This document shows, piece by piece, positions 20,601 through 33,122 of a DNA stretch of 64,000 nt. Numbering within the stretch: position 1 is the stretch's first letter; the number at the start of each line of letters is the position of its first letter. Source of the stretch: Cyanophora paradoxa CCMP329 (taxonomy: Eukaryota; Plantae; Glaucophyta); NCBI GenBank assembly GCA_004431415.1, contig QPMI01000454.1, positions 1 to 64,000 of the forward strand, given 5' to 3'. The position numbers were made by a program, and so were the translations under genes. The notes beneath the pieces were generated by a model that did not search any database, had not been told where the DNA came from, and saw nothing but the letters and a program-made list of their open reading frames with translations.

Positions 20601-23600
20601 AGATATTCTCGGTAACAGGAATATTAGGCGTCGCGCCTTCAGCGTATTCTCGGTGGCCAAGGTAGCGTATTCATGGAAAGGCGTCGAAGATACTCGCTCA
20701 CGCTCTTTGCTCCAGAGGAGAATGGCAGAACGGGCTGCTTTCTCTGCATCCTTGCCGCGGCCTCCTGCCAGACACTGTTCCGCTCGCTGCGTGGCCTCCG
20801 ACGCCTTGCGCGCGCGCTCCTTCCACTCGAGCTCGGCGAGCTTCTTCGTGAACTCCTCGTCCTCCGGACGCGGGCGCGAGGCGAGCGCCTCCCGCAGAGC
20901 GCCCGCGCCCGCCTCGTAGTCTTCCGACTCCTCCAGAGCCCGGGCAAGCACCCAGTACGCCTGCTAATGGAGGTCAAACGAACGGCAGCAGAATTGTAGG
21001 AAGCGTGCCTCGCGGGATTGCTGGAAGAATTTCGACCCGCCCGCGACGCGTCTGCGCAGCTCAATCGAGGACCGGGCCCAAGAGATGACAGTGTCGCGGG
21101 GAGTCCCCCTTCCGAATCCAACGGACGCCGCCTTCTGCAGGAGCTCGGCGCGGGCGACGTGGCATTTGCGCGACAGCTCGTCGAAGTCGGCGCTCTCGCG
21201 AGACGCGTACGCCCGATCCAGCTGGACGGCGAGCGCGGCGGCGGCGTGCTCGTAGGGCTCGGCGCCCGCGTGCTGCTCTCTCAGAACGCCGGAGGCCCAC
21301 TTCAAGCTCCAGGAGAGACCGCCGACGCCCTGCGCCACCTCGAGCTCGCCGGCCCTGCAGACGGCCGTCAAGAGCGGTGCGAAGTCGACGTCTCGGGCGA
21401 AGCCAGCGGCGCTCACAGGTGGTAGCAGTCGGCCGCAGACTCGGCGCCCCCGTCCTCCCTGTACAATTCGGCCGCGCTTTTGAACAGCTGCCGGCGGGCC
21501 TCGGGGTCGCTCTCCAGGTCCGCGCATGTCTTGTAGCAGTGCGCGGCGCGCTTGCGGGCGCGCGACCTGGTCATGGGCGAATCGTTAGAAGCAGAATATA
21601 TTTGCTTGCAATGGGTTTAATCGCATCGAATGAAATGGAATTCACATCAAGGCGAGCTCGCGATCGCCATCGCCGATGTCACTGGAACCCCGCGCTGCCG
21701 GAGACTGTGCATGTGCCCGCATCATGCTGATGCATCGGGCGAACGATTTTGCCGCGTCCATGTGCCGCTTGCGACGTAGGCTGGCATCACGCTCTGACTC
21801 TGTCGGTCGCGAGCACCATCGGTTAAAATTTTTATTTCAAATGCAGCATTGCAATCAACCCGCACCGGCATTGGAGATCTCCCACTCCGCCTCTGCAAAC
21901 TACGCCAAGCTCTCCTCGTTGGCGTTCCGGTAGGCTCGAGCCGCCATCTCGTACGTCTGGCGCTCGAAGAGCTGGTCTCCCAGGCGCTTCCAGTCACTCG
22001 GCGCCCTCCCAGTATCACGCTGCCATGCGACGCCTCGCTTCTCGCCGCTCTCGACGGTCTGCGCACCAATTCGCCACGACATCGAACATCAACGAGGAGA
22101 TGCTTTTTACCTGGACAACCTTTGCGTCGATGAAAAGCTGGAACATAGGCTTTCGGACGTTCGAATCGTCGTAAACCCTGCGGACAGAGTTGGCGTCATT
22201 AGGTTTTAGTAGACTAGGGCCGCGAAAAGCCGATTGCAAGCACCAGATCGATGTGATCGCGCGGGTGATGGAAGTGTACAGCTACGCGAACAGAAGATCA
22301 ACGGCCAGAAGATCAGCGGCACGATCTATAAATATCCTGCATTGGGAGGGAATTCGAATGCGCATGCGTAGCCGCACCAGCTTCAGCGCTGCCGCCACGA
22401 GCCGGTTGGCAAGCGGATCGAACGGTTTCCCGCGTTTCGCTTTGACGCGTCTCTCCTGAAAAGACACACGACAATACCGATTATTGCGAGCACGCGCATG
22501 CAAACGCACGAAACTGACTGACCTGCGAGGGCCGGCCGGCGGCCTCGTCTGCGCGCTTCAGCACCTCTTCCTCCGCCGCCGAGACCGCCTCCTTCCACAT
22601 CGGCTCGTCGGGCATCGCGGCATCCGCAAAGAAGTTGAAACTGAGACGGGAGCTCCATGTCAGCGATATCGATGATGGAAACAGAGATTTTTGCGCGGAG
22701 CCGTCGCACAGGAGAACGTCCTGAAACTCGAGGCCCTTGGCTTCTTCGACGGTCAGGACAACAGCCGCTCCCAGGAGCTCGTCGAGCTGCTTAATGCGCC
22801 CCCTCTTTTGCTCCTCGCGGATGATGACGACTTGATCCGCGCCGAAGGACCTTTTCCCTTCAACGTCAGCAAAGAGAAACGACATCAGACTTGGCTCGTC
22901 GGATCCCAACACGAGCAGTGGCGACGGGCCGTCGCGCATTCCTGACGAATGCAGATCAAAAGGCGATGAAAGCGAATTGATAGCAACGATCGCGATGCCT
23001 AAAAGACAGACCTGCGTCCCGCGGCAGATCTTCGTCGAGCTCCTTAGGGAACAGAGTCTGAAGCATGTCGACCGCAACAGCCGCGCAGCTGAGCGTTCTG
23101 TGATGCGACCGGTAGCTCTGGTCATGACGAACGTCAGCGAAAAGGTCAGCAGCCGACTGGCATCCTCAAATTTATTAGTATCAAACAAAATACGAACGAG
23201 TGAGAGGTTGAGGCGGCGGAACTGGCTGCGGCTACTCGGGAAAAGGTTGTGGACAATCGCCTGTAGGTCGCAGAACCGGATCCCGGAAGACAAGGCCGCT
23301 GGCGACGGTCTGGCACGTGTCGCCGCAGAAGAAGAGGCCGCTGAGGTCTGCGGCAGCGACGGACACGACACCCAGCTCCGCTGCCGTAAAGTCCTGCACC
23401 TGCGGAGCTCGAGTGCCATGCGATCGCGATGAGCTCGAGAACTCGGTTGCTGAAAGACATCGGACCTCGTCGATGATGATCTCATGCAAATGAGCCCCGT
23501 GAAAGCCGTCCTTCTTTATCCCGTGGTAAATGTGATGCACAACATCCTGCAAAAGATGTGTAAGCCCGGTTTCGATTCTGAAAAAATGGCGATTTCAGAG

Positions 23601-26400
23601 AAGATGAGCGTGGATCACCGTGATGTCGTATTTGTACTTCTTGTCTTGGGCCTTCAGGTCGCGATACCGCTTGTACATGTCGTGCACAGCCCGCCGTTGG
23701 TCATCGTTCGCCATGCGTGATCGCGTCTTCCCCATTTCTTGGTACTTCTTCAAGCTCACGTACCCCTGCGGATCGCAGAGGCTCTCCGCACTCCCGCTGC
23801 GCCGCATAAAAAAATTAATCGAAATGCAGGAAATGCAAGGCGCCCAGGGGCCGGGAAGCTTACGCGAGCAGCGAGAGGAACTCGGTCCAGCACAGCAGCG
23901 CGTGCAGCTGCAGGGCCTGCCCGCTGGCCGCGGCGCCCTTGGGGAGCAGGCGGGGCCAGAACCTCGTCTCGAAGATCTCGTAGTCGATTTCTTCGCATTC
24001 CGCGTTCTGCTGAGGGAGGAAAGGCCGCTGCAGCATGCCGTTGAGCAGCCGAAGCCACGTGCGGCGGGATACTGCGAACAAGATCAAGATTAAGACTGGG
24101 ACATTTCAAATACAAAATGCAGCAGCTGGAGCAAATGCAACCTGTCGTACACGAACGCACCGAAGAGTGGGTACATGTCGTCCGTGACCGCTGCGAGGGA
24201 GGCGACGTCGGCAAGCTCGCGGTCCCCCGACCCGATCAGCTGGTCCGCCTCCGCCTGCCACTCTCGATCCTGCTCCGGGGCGAGCAGCACGTGCTTCGGC
24301 TCCTGACCACGAGTCGTCGTGCACGTGCACGTGAGCGGTGCCGATATCGGTAGCTAGCGCTCTAGAGAACCGTAGATATCGATGGGAAATGTAATTGAAA
24401 TAGATCGATTATGAAGCCGCACCATGCTGCTCAAGTCCTTTCGGACCTTGTCGAGCAATGGGCCGCTCTTCGTGATGTACACGGCACGCAGGTGGCCGGA
24501 GGGAAAGAGAGATGTTCCACGGCCAAGATACCAGTATGCGTGCTCGAGCACCCACAACCTGCAGAGCATGAATAAACACACATTAGATTCTAAACACGAG
24601 CAGAATAAGCACACCGTGTGATCGCGCATGCCGTCTTGCCAGTGCCGCTTCGGCCGCTTACAGCCAGCGGACCGTTCGCGCAGATGATTTCGAGCTCATC
24701 TCTGCAAGCCGAATGAAAACGGCACGTACGCGTACGCTTCTATAATCCGTAAGCGTGCGCACCTGATAGCCTTTCGCTGGGCCGGCGAGAGGTCGGGATG
24801 CGCCTCGCGGCCAGCCAAAACCCATCTTGCAAGCTGCTCAGCAAGTGCTTTCACTTGCCTCAGTACAGGGAGATCTGCGCGTGCTTTCCGTAAATTGAAG
24901 CGATGATCAATGCGGACCCGCATGTGTTGGGACGGACCCGCTTGCGCCACGTCGCTAGCCTTGTCCTCGCGTCTGTTGTCTGGCACGACTGGTGCGAGTG
25001 CGTCGAGACGGAGCGTGTAGTTCGGGTCAACCACCCCTGGCTGCTGGTCGCGATCGGGACACGCCTGTCCGGGCGGCAGCTGCAGCTGTCGCGGCCGCCG
25101 CGTGGCGCCAGGAACTGGACGGCGCGGCGGGGGTCGCGGCCATGTGGCGGATCGGAGAGCCATGCGCCTGCGGAAGTCGTCCGAGATCTTGGAGACAAGC
25201 CGCCCGACCTTGTCGTGGTGCCGTACACCCCTGCATGCATGCGCGTTAGGCGCGATTCAGCTCCAAATCATTGAAGCTGAAAGCAGCACGGCACCAAATT
25301 ACGATTTTATCGCGCCAGCAGTTGTATAGATCCGACCAGCCCCATACCTGCGCATGCACGACGATCATCATAATCATCGAACGTCAAAATGAAGCGCTAG
25401 AGGAGACTCGGATTCGCAATTGAGCTTAATATCCGGCTAGGTATAGAACGACGAGGAATCCTACATGTACAATCGCGAACCTCTTCCCACAGCAATCGGT
25501 ACCCGCGGACTTCATTGCTGTCCCCCATGTAGCTCTCGAAGAGCCCCAGCCCGTCCACCGCCTACGATGTCGACCGCACGCGTCAGTCATATTAGAGGCC
25601 GGCGGCGCCCGCGACCGGGCGCATGCGCTCATGCGCACGTGTTCCAAAGGCTTCGCGTGATTGACGCGCGATCGCTCTTCTCGACCTTCGATGAAGAGGC
25701 GCATGAGACGCAGGCCAGCGCGTCTGATCGAATGCCCGAGATTGCGCCAGTTTCTGAAGCATGTTTGCGCGATCTCGATCTCCCTGACATGGCTTGAGCA
25801 TACGTGCATACAGACGGCTTAAGCGGCACACGGCGGAGCTCACCAGAGGTGTCGCTCGCTGGACGCGGCGTCCCTCAGCAGGCGCGCTTGAATCTCTGCA
25901 ACGACCGCTCGCAGATCCACGTCGCCCTCGGCAAGCAACGCGTTCAACGCATCGCCCGCAGCGTTTTCTGCTCGAGCTTCTTCGTCCGGATGGGCTGGAT
26001 CGACTGGATCGACCTCGATGCGCAGGCGAGAGAGTCCGGGCAGCTGCAGCTGTAGCTGCCCGTCCGCTGCGTCCGCTTGCGACTGCTGGGCCTGAAGGTA
26101 CTCTAGGGGGTCTTGCATCATCGCGGAGCACGCCAGACTGGGCTCGGGCGCATCTGGATCTGCGCATGTGACCTGCTCAGCGACCGCGAGCGTTGCGCTC
26201 TTGAACCAGAAGCGCGTACTTGCCCCGTCCGCTTCGCCCGTCGCCCACTTCGCCTTCGAGCCCGGCCGGCTCACGCGCACTCCCGGAGCTAGCACTGTGT
26301 TTCGCGGACGTACCCCCTCGCCCGGCCCCCGCCCCCCTTCTCCTGCCTCCCCATGGCCAAGCTTTCTCATGCGCTTCGAATTCATGTTTGAGGCCCGCAC
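17689..26400 (-). CDS. TRANK1-like TPR + UvrD/SF1 helicase protein (multi-exon, boundaries approximate)
   Basis: SGRSGTGKT (~24640-24660), IIIDEV|QDFT, GLFFCGDTCQTVASGLVFR, VLTVEEAKGLEFQDVLL..NFF, followed by several TPR-like helices. Confidence 0.75.
19253..19718. repeat. 18-bp minisatellite, about 26 units of GCYGAYGTCGACGCCGCA, encoding (ASTSAA)n on the minus strand
   Basis: Directly visible tandem array with few substitutions. Confidence 0.97.
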
Positions 26401-26417
26401 AAACGCACGCGCCCTCG

Positions 26418-28660
26418 CTACAAGAACATGGGGCTGTAACGCCCCGTGGGCCCCGAGAGGAAGGGGCTCGAGCTCCCCGCCGTCCGCAGCTCCCGCAGGA
26501 CGCCCACCGAGAGCGGGCGCGGCTCGGGCCAGGGCCCCGCCGGCGTCAGCAGCCGGTGCGCCGGCGGGAACGAGGCGTCCAGCCGCTCTGGGCGAACGGG
26601 GGGCGTCCGGATTCGGTAGACGCCCCGCGACTCGTCCAGCTCGCGGGCCCAGCCCCGCGCCAGCGCCGGCTCCTGCCGGCCGGGGCGATCGGCACGAGGT
26701 TCGAGGGCGGTAGGGCGGGCAGGGAGGGGCGGGGCGGGGCGGACCTCGTCGGCGGGCGTGTGCACCCAGGGCTTCGCGGTGGGCGAGGCGGAGCGGCCGC
26801 CCGGGGGCGAGGGCGAGCGCGCCCCGGGGCCCGAGCGCGGCGGCGGCTGGCCCTGCGCGCCGGCCCGCGGGAGGGCGCTGACGGGGAGGGCGCGGGCGGC
26901 CTCCAGGGCCACTGCGAGCCGTAGATGCGGTTGATGGCCTTGGGCAGCTGTCCGTGACTCCGCTTCGCCCGCAGCGCCGGCAGCGCCGTCCCCACCCCCG
27001 CCGCCCCGCCCGCGCCTGCGGGCTCCCGCCGCCGCCCTCGAGCGGGGGCCCCTCCTCGGCAATCGTGCGCGGGGGCGGCGGCTCGTCGCGCGAGTCGGCG
27101 GCGCCGCCGCCGCCTGCGGGGGCGGAGGCGAGGGAGCGGTCGCTGCCCCAGCGGGCGAGGCCGGCGGCGGGGCTCTCCGTCCCGAGCCCGAGCCCGGGTC
27201 CGAGCTGAAGCTCGAGCCCCGCGGCGGGCCGTTGCCGCGCCCGCCCCTGCGGAGGCCGGCGGCGCCGCCGGCGGGCCCCGCGGGCCGCGCCGCGCCAGGT
27301 CCGACTGCGCCGCCAGCAGCACCGCCCGCCCGCCCCTCTGGCCCCTCCGGGCTCCGGTCCGCCCCGCCCTGCTGCCCACCGTCAGGCCGAAGTGGATGAA
27401 AGGGGCGCAGCGGCGCGGCGCGCCTTGGGCGGGGGCCGTGGGAGCGGGCGCGGGCGGGCCCGGCTCCGGAGGCGGGGGCGGGGTCGCCGTGCCAGCCGCG
27501 AGAGGCGGCGCGCTGGACGGCGTCGACGACGGCGGCGAGGACGGGGGCGGGGCGTGCGCCAAGCGCGAGGGCCTCCCCGCCGAGCGCGCCCCCGCGAGGC
27601 GGCTCGCCTCCGACGCCCGCCGCTTCTGCCACTGCCCGTGCAGCTCCGCCGTCCGCGCCTGCCCGCCCGCACCGTCAGACCGTGCGTCGGAATCGCGCGG
27701 AGAATCGCGCACCTCGTCGGTCTCGAACTCGAACTCGCTGCGCGTGCTCGGCGGCCTCGGGCCGAGGCCCCGGCCCCCTCCTCCCCTCCGCCTCCCTCGC
27801 CGCCTCCGCCTCCGCCTCCGCCGCCGCCTCCGCCTCCGCCGCCTCGGCCTCGGCGGCGAGCTCGGCGGCGGCCGCCTCGGCGACGGCGGCGGCGACGCGG
27901 CTCAGGCGGCTCCACGCCGACGCCGAGAGGTCCCGCTCCAGCGCGCCCGCCGCATCTTCGCCCGCCCCGCCCGCCCCTCGCCGTCGCCGCCGCCGTCCAC
28001 CGGGCCTCCTGACCGGGCGGCGGGGCCACCGCCACCCGCTCCGCGTCCGCTCCGCCGTCGCCGGCGGCCGCGGCTTCCGGGACGCCCTCCGCCGCTTGCT
28101 CCCCCGGCGGTGGCTGCGGCGCGTCGGCCGCGCTCGGGGCGACCTCCGGCACGGCCGCGGCGGCGGGGGCGGACCGCGCGGGGGCGGGGCCCCGCGGGCC
28201 GGCTGCGAGGCCCGGCGGAAGTGGGCGGCGGCGCGGGCGGAGGCGGCGGCGGCGAGCAGCGCGGGGCGCTCGAGGGGCGCGTCGGAGTTGGCCCGCACGA
28301 GCGCCCCCGCGATCGCCGCCGGCGTCGCCGCGGCAACCACCGTCGGGCTCTGCCGGCGGCGCCTCAGGCGCGACGGGAGGCGAGCGACGGGGCCGCCCGG
28401 TTGAGGGAGCGCACGGAGACGAGGGGGAGGGAGACAAGGACGGCGTCGGCCTCGGGGTGGCCCTCGAGGCCGGCCAGCACCTCGAGCACCCACCGCACCT
28501 CCACGAACGACGACGCGAACGGCCGCAGGCGCGCCGGCACCCGCAGGCTCACCGCCAGCGACCGCTTCGTGTACGTCTCGTGGATCTGCAGGGGGCGCCC
28601 CAGCCTCAGCCGCCCTGGAAGCCGAGCGGAGTCGAATCGGGGCGGGGCGGGTGTGTGTGT

Positions 28661-28705
<45 letters not shown>

Positions 28706-31700
28706 GCGGGCCTTATGGTCGAGGGCGCCGTGGAGGGGCCGGTCGGCGAGGAGGCGCTCTCGGCGGAACTTGAAGCCGAGGCCGGCCACGTCCACCACCT
28801 CCCGCACCCGCGCCCGCACTCCCGCCAGCTGCGCCCCGCCCCCTCACGCAGGGCCGGGCGGGGCGGCGAGGTGGAGAGGGCGGAGCGCGCCTTTGCGCGG
28901 GACCAGCTGGCGAGGTCGACGAGGACGGAGACGTGGCCGCCCGGCTGCGCGGGCCCCTCCCCGAGCCGCACGCTGCGCCCGGAGAGTCGGAGGGCTGCGC
29001 AGGGCAGCGGGGGGTGGCGTGGGGAGGCGGGGGCACCTGAGGCTGACGGACGAGGCGCCGTACGAGCGAGTCGCCTGCGGGAGACGTAAGGGGCGGATGG
29101 CGAGAGCGGGGCGGGGAGTGGCGGACCGAGGCGGCGGGGGCCTGCTTCGGCAGGTCCCGCCGCGGTTGCAGCGCCCCCTCCTGCGCCACGCTCGGCCCCG
29201 GCGCGGCGCCACGCGGCGGGGCGCGGCGGAGGGGCGCGCACGGGGGCGGCGACGGGGAAGTAGAAGGGGAGGGAGAGGACGGGGCCCGGGCCCGGCGCGG
29301 CCGCCCCGTCGGGGCCAGCCTCCTCGGGAGCACCCTCGAGGTGGACCATGAGGGCGTATCTGCGGGGCGGTCAGCGGCGGGGGCGGGGCGGGGGCGGCGC
29401 GGGCGGGGCGCGCGTGGCGCGGAAGCCGCCGAAGCCGGTGAAGGTGGGGTGGAGGCGGGGCGGGAGGGGGAAGGAGAAGGGGAACTCGACGGGGGCCGCC
29501 TCCACGCCGACCTCCTCGAGCGGCGCGAGCGGCGCCCCCGCCATCCGCCGCACGTAGTGCTCGTGCGCGTAGTTCCACACCGGCTGCTCGTTCGCCAGCG
29601 CCACGCCTGCCCCCGCCCGGCGGCGCATCAAAACCAGAGACGAGAGAGGCGGGAGCGCTAGCGGAGGCGGCGCACAGTCGCCCTTGGCGGAGACGGCGAC
29701 GCCGCCCTGCGCCGCCGCGGGGTCCAGCCCTGCGGCCCCGCCCCGCCCGCGGTCAGACCAGGGGCGGCGGGCGGGGCCGCGGGGGAGCTCGCCGGAGCCG
29801 GCGCCGTAGGCCGCAGCGCGCTTCACGCCGCGCGGCGGGTCGAACGACTGCGCGGCATCCAAGGCGTCACTCGAGGACAGCGGCCGGAGAGGCCGGGTCG
29901 AAGAGAGGGCGCGGGCGCACGTAGAGGGCGATGGGGACGGCGCGGATCTCGGCGAGCTGGCGCTTGCCGCAGAGCCGCACGACGAGGCGCCCGGTGACGG
30001 CCGCCGTGAAGCTCGGCGCGTCCCACTCGACGCTCACGTCGCCCCGCGCCAGCGGGTGCCGCGCCTCCTCCTCCGCCGCGTCCACCTCCCGCTCCCGCGC
30101 CGCCCGCGCCGCCTCCACCACCCCCGCCAGCCCCGCCCCGGCCCGGCCTTCCTGCCCCGTCCCCACCGCCTGCACGGCCGCCTGCGCGCGCGCGCCGCAC
30201 GACGTCAGCGGCGCCGGGCGGCGGAGGCCGGGCGAGCCGAGCGCGCCCTGGCGATGGAGGGGCGGGCAGCGTCGGTGGCGCGGCGGCCGGCGACGGCGCG
30301 GGCGTGCAGCTCGTCCGTCGCCTCCGCGTTCGCCTCGAAGCGGAAGTCGCTCCGCGCCGTCTGCGCCGCCGACGCCGGCCGGCCGCCTCGCCCCCTCGCC
30401 CCCTCCGCCTCGCCGCCCTCGCCCGCGCCCGCCCCACCGCTCGATCAGCGTCTCCTCCGTCGCCCCGAACGTGATGCCCGCCGCCGCGGCGCCGCCGCCT
30501 CCGCCTCCGCCTCCCGGGGAGGCGCCGCCTCCTCCCGAGCGCCGCGGCGACGGCCGCGTGGAGCGCCTCGACGACGGCCGCCTCCTCCGACGCCGACGAC
30601 GCGCGCCGCGCGGGGCGCGCCTTCTCCGTCTCCGCCTCCTCCTCGGCCTCGGCCTCGGCCTCCCCGGGCTGGGGCGCGGGGGCGGGGCCGGCGGGGCGGG
30701 TGACGGTGCCGCCGGCGGGGGAGATGTCGAAGGCGAGGAGCGCGTCGGCCGCCTCGGGCGGCCCCGGCTCGATCTCCGGCGGGCCCTCCTCCTCCCCGGC
30801 CCCGCCCCCCACCGACCCCGTCGACGAGGAGCGCGGCGGGGCCGCGGGGCGCCTGCCATCGGGGCTCCCCACCGATCCCGTGGAGGAGGAGCGGGGCGGG
30901 GCGGCGGGGCGCTGGCCCCGCGCCGCCTGCTTGAAGACGTGCGCGGCGCGCGCCGTGGCGGCGGCGGCGGCGAGCGCCGGGCGCTCGACGGGCGTCTCGG
31001 CGTTCGAGCGCTTCAGCGCGGCGGCGAGCTGGGAGGGGGTGGCGGGGGCGAAGGCGGCGGGGCTGGTGACGAGGGGGAGGGAGACAAGGACGGCGTCGGC
31101 CTCGGGGTGGCCCTCGAGGCCGGCGAGCACCTCGAGCACCCACCGCACCTCCACGAACGACGACGCGAACGGCCGCGCCCGCGACGGGATCCTGCGGCCG
31201 GCCGGCCGGTCGCCCCGGGACCGTGCAGCAAGCGAGGCGAGGCGAGGCGGGGCGGACCGGAGGTTGAGGGCGAGGCTCTTCTTGGTGTACGCCTCGCTCA
31301 GCTTGCCGTCGCGCGCCCCCGGGACCGCCCCCTCCCGCAGCACCCGCTCCCGCCGGAACTTGAACCTGCCCGCCCCCCGGCCTCGGCCCCCGGCCCCTGC
31401 CCTGGCCCCGGGCGCGGGGCGGGGGCGCGGACCCGAGGGCGGAGACGTCTACGACCTCGCGGATGCGCAGCTTGAAATCCGCCACCTGCGCGCGGGCCGC
31501 CGGCTCGGGGGCGCGGCCCGCGGGCGGAGGCGCGCGGGGCGGGCCGGGGGCGGGCGGGCCCTGGCGCGGGACCAATTGGTGAGGTCGAGGAAGGCCACGA
31601 TGGTCTGCCCGGGCTGCGGGTGCGGCGTCGAGAGCCGCACGCTGCCAGCGGAGTCAGCTGTGGCGGGGCCGGCGGGCCGGCGGGGCGAGGCGCGCCCGAG

Positions 31701-32838
31701 GCTGATGGAGGCAGCGCCGTAGGAGCGCGTGGCGGAGGCGGCGGGGCCTGCTTCGGCAGGTCACGCCGCGGCTGCAGCGCCCCCTCCTGCGCCACGCTCG
31801 GCCCCGACGCCGCGCCGCGCGGCGGGGCGGGGCAGGGCTAAGCGCGCACGGGGGCGGCGACGGGGAAGTAGAAGGGGAGGGAGAGGACGGGGCCCGGGCC
31901 CGGCGCGGCCGCCCCGTCGGCGCCGGTCTCCTCGGGGGCGCCCTCGAGGTGGACCATGAGGGCGTAGCTGCGGGGCGGTCAGCGGCGGGGGCGGGGGCGG
32001 GCGGGGCGGGCGGGGCGCGCGTGGCGCGGAAGCCGCCGAAGCCGGTGAAGGTGGGGTGGAGGCGGGGCGGGAGGGGGAAGGAGAAGGGGAACTCGACGGG
32101 GGCCGCCTCCACGCCGACCTCCTCGAGGGGCGCGAGCGGCGCCCCCGCCATCCGCCGCACGTAGTGCTCGTGCGCGTAGTTCCTGGACCCGCGTCAGCGC
32201 CGGTCAGGGCGCATGGGCGGCCTCGCGCGGACCAGATCGCGGCCTCATTTGCGAGCGCGACGCCTGCGCTGCAACGTCAGCCAAGCCCGAAGGCGCGGCA
32301 CGGCGTCTGCAGCTGTCGGAGGCGGGCGGCGCTCACAGTCCCCGAGGCCAGAAGATGCGACGCCCGTGCCCTTGTCGCCCGCTGCGCAAGCATACAAATG
32401 TTCAGCCATCACCGCAACGCCTGCCGGAGCCGCGTTGGGCGCTCTAGCTAAAGAGGCTGAGCCCGCTTAAAAGCTTAAGCGTGGCCAGCTGGCAGCCGCA
32501 GCGCTGAGAGCTGAGAGCAGCGCGCCCGCACCCTCCTTGCTTGCGTATCCAGGAGCTCGCTTCACCCCGCGGGGCGGGTCGAAGGCCTGGGTGCGGCGGG
32601 AGTTGAACTCAGCGCCAGCGCGACCGGGTTCCGGGCGGCGTGCGGGCGAACGCACGTAGAGTCCTAGAGGGACAGCACGGATCTCGGCAAGCTGCCGCTT
32701 GCTGCGGAGGTGCACCACAATCTTGCCACTAACGCTGGACGTGAAGCTCGGACCGTCCCAAGCCACCTCGACATCCTCATCAGCGAGAGGCTCGAAGCCC
32801 AGCGCCGAGCTTGAGGGACCCGGGCTGCTGCTCGACAT
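26418..32838 (-). CDS. Arrestin-fold-like protein with two tandem N+C modules (one gene or two tandem paralogues); 3' end uncertain
   Basis: Occurs twice: WDxPSFT..VxG(K/R)xVVxL..KRQLAEIRAVP, VEFPFSFPLPPRLHPTFTG..YALMVHLEG, PG..xxxxxDLxxWS, SSFVEVRWVLEV. Confidence 0.55.
29128..32183. repeat. Near-identical dispersed duplication 29128-29576 / 31736-32183 (plus about 28420-28525 / 31070-31176)
   Basis: Base-for-base similarity, including intron sequence. Confidence 0.85.
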
Positions 32839-33122
32839 CGCCCTGCAGCTGCGGGCCTGCGGCTCCTCGTCGAGTGCAAGGCCAACCTCAGCGTGACACG
32901 CTACCCCCCAAGCTGCAGCCTAAGCCTCCGCCTCCCGCAGTGACGAGCGAACTCGAGAATTCGATCTGGAAAAAGCTGCTCTCAGCACTCGTATAAACGC
33001 TAACGAGCCTCAGGGAGAACTGCCGCGCTAAGAAACTGCCGCGCTACACACTTCGTCCCTGCGAACTCGACTGCGGAAAAAGCTCATACATGTACAGGCG
33101 TCAACTGAACCGGGGGCGGGGC

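Noticed and set aside
26600-26670. WW domain (LARGWARELDESRGVY)
   Set aside because: Only a partial motif; the second Trp/Pro could not be placed with confidence.
28650-28702. (GT)n plus long G run, and similar C/G homopolymers near 16131, 55910, 58150 and 58573
   Set aside because: Simple low-complexity intronic or UTR tracts of unreliable length.
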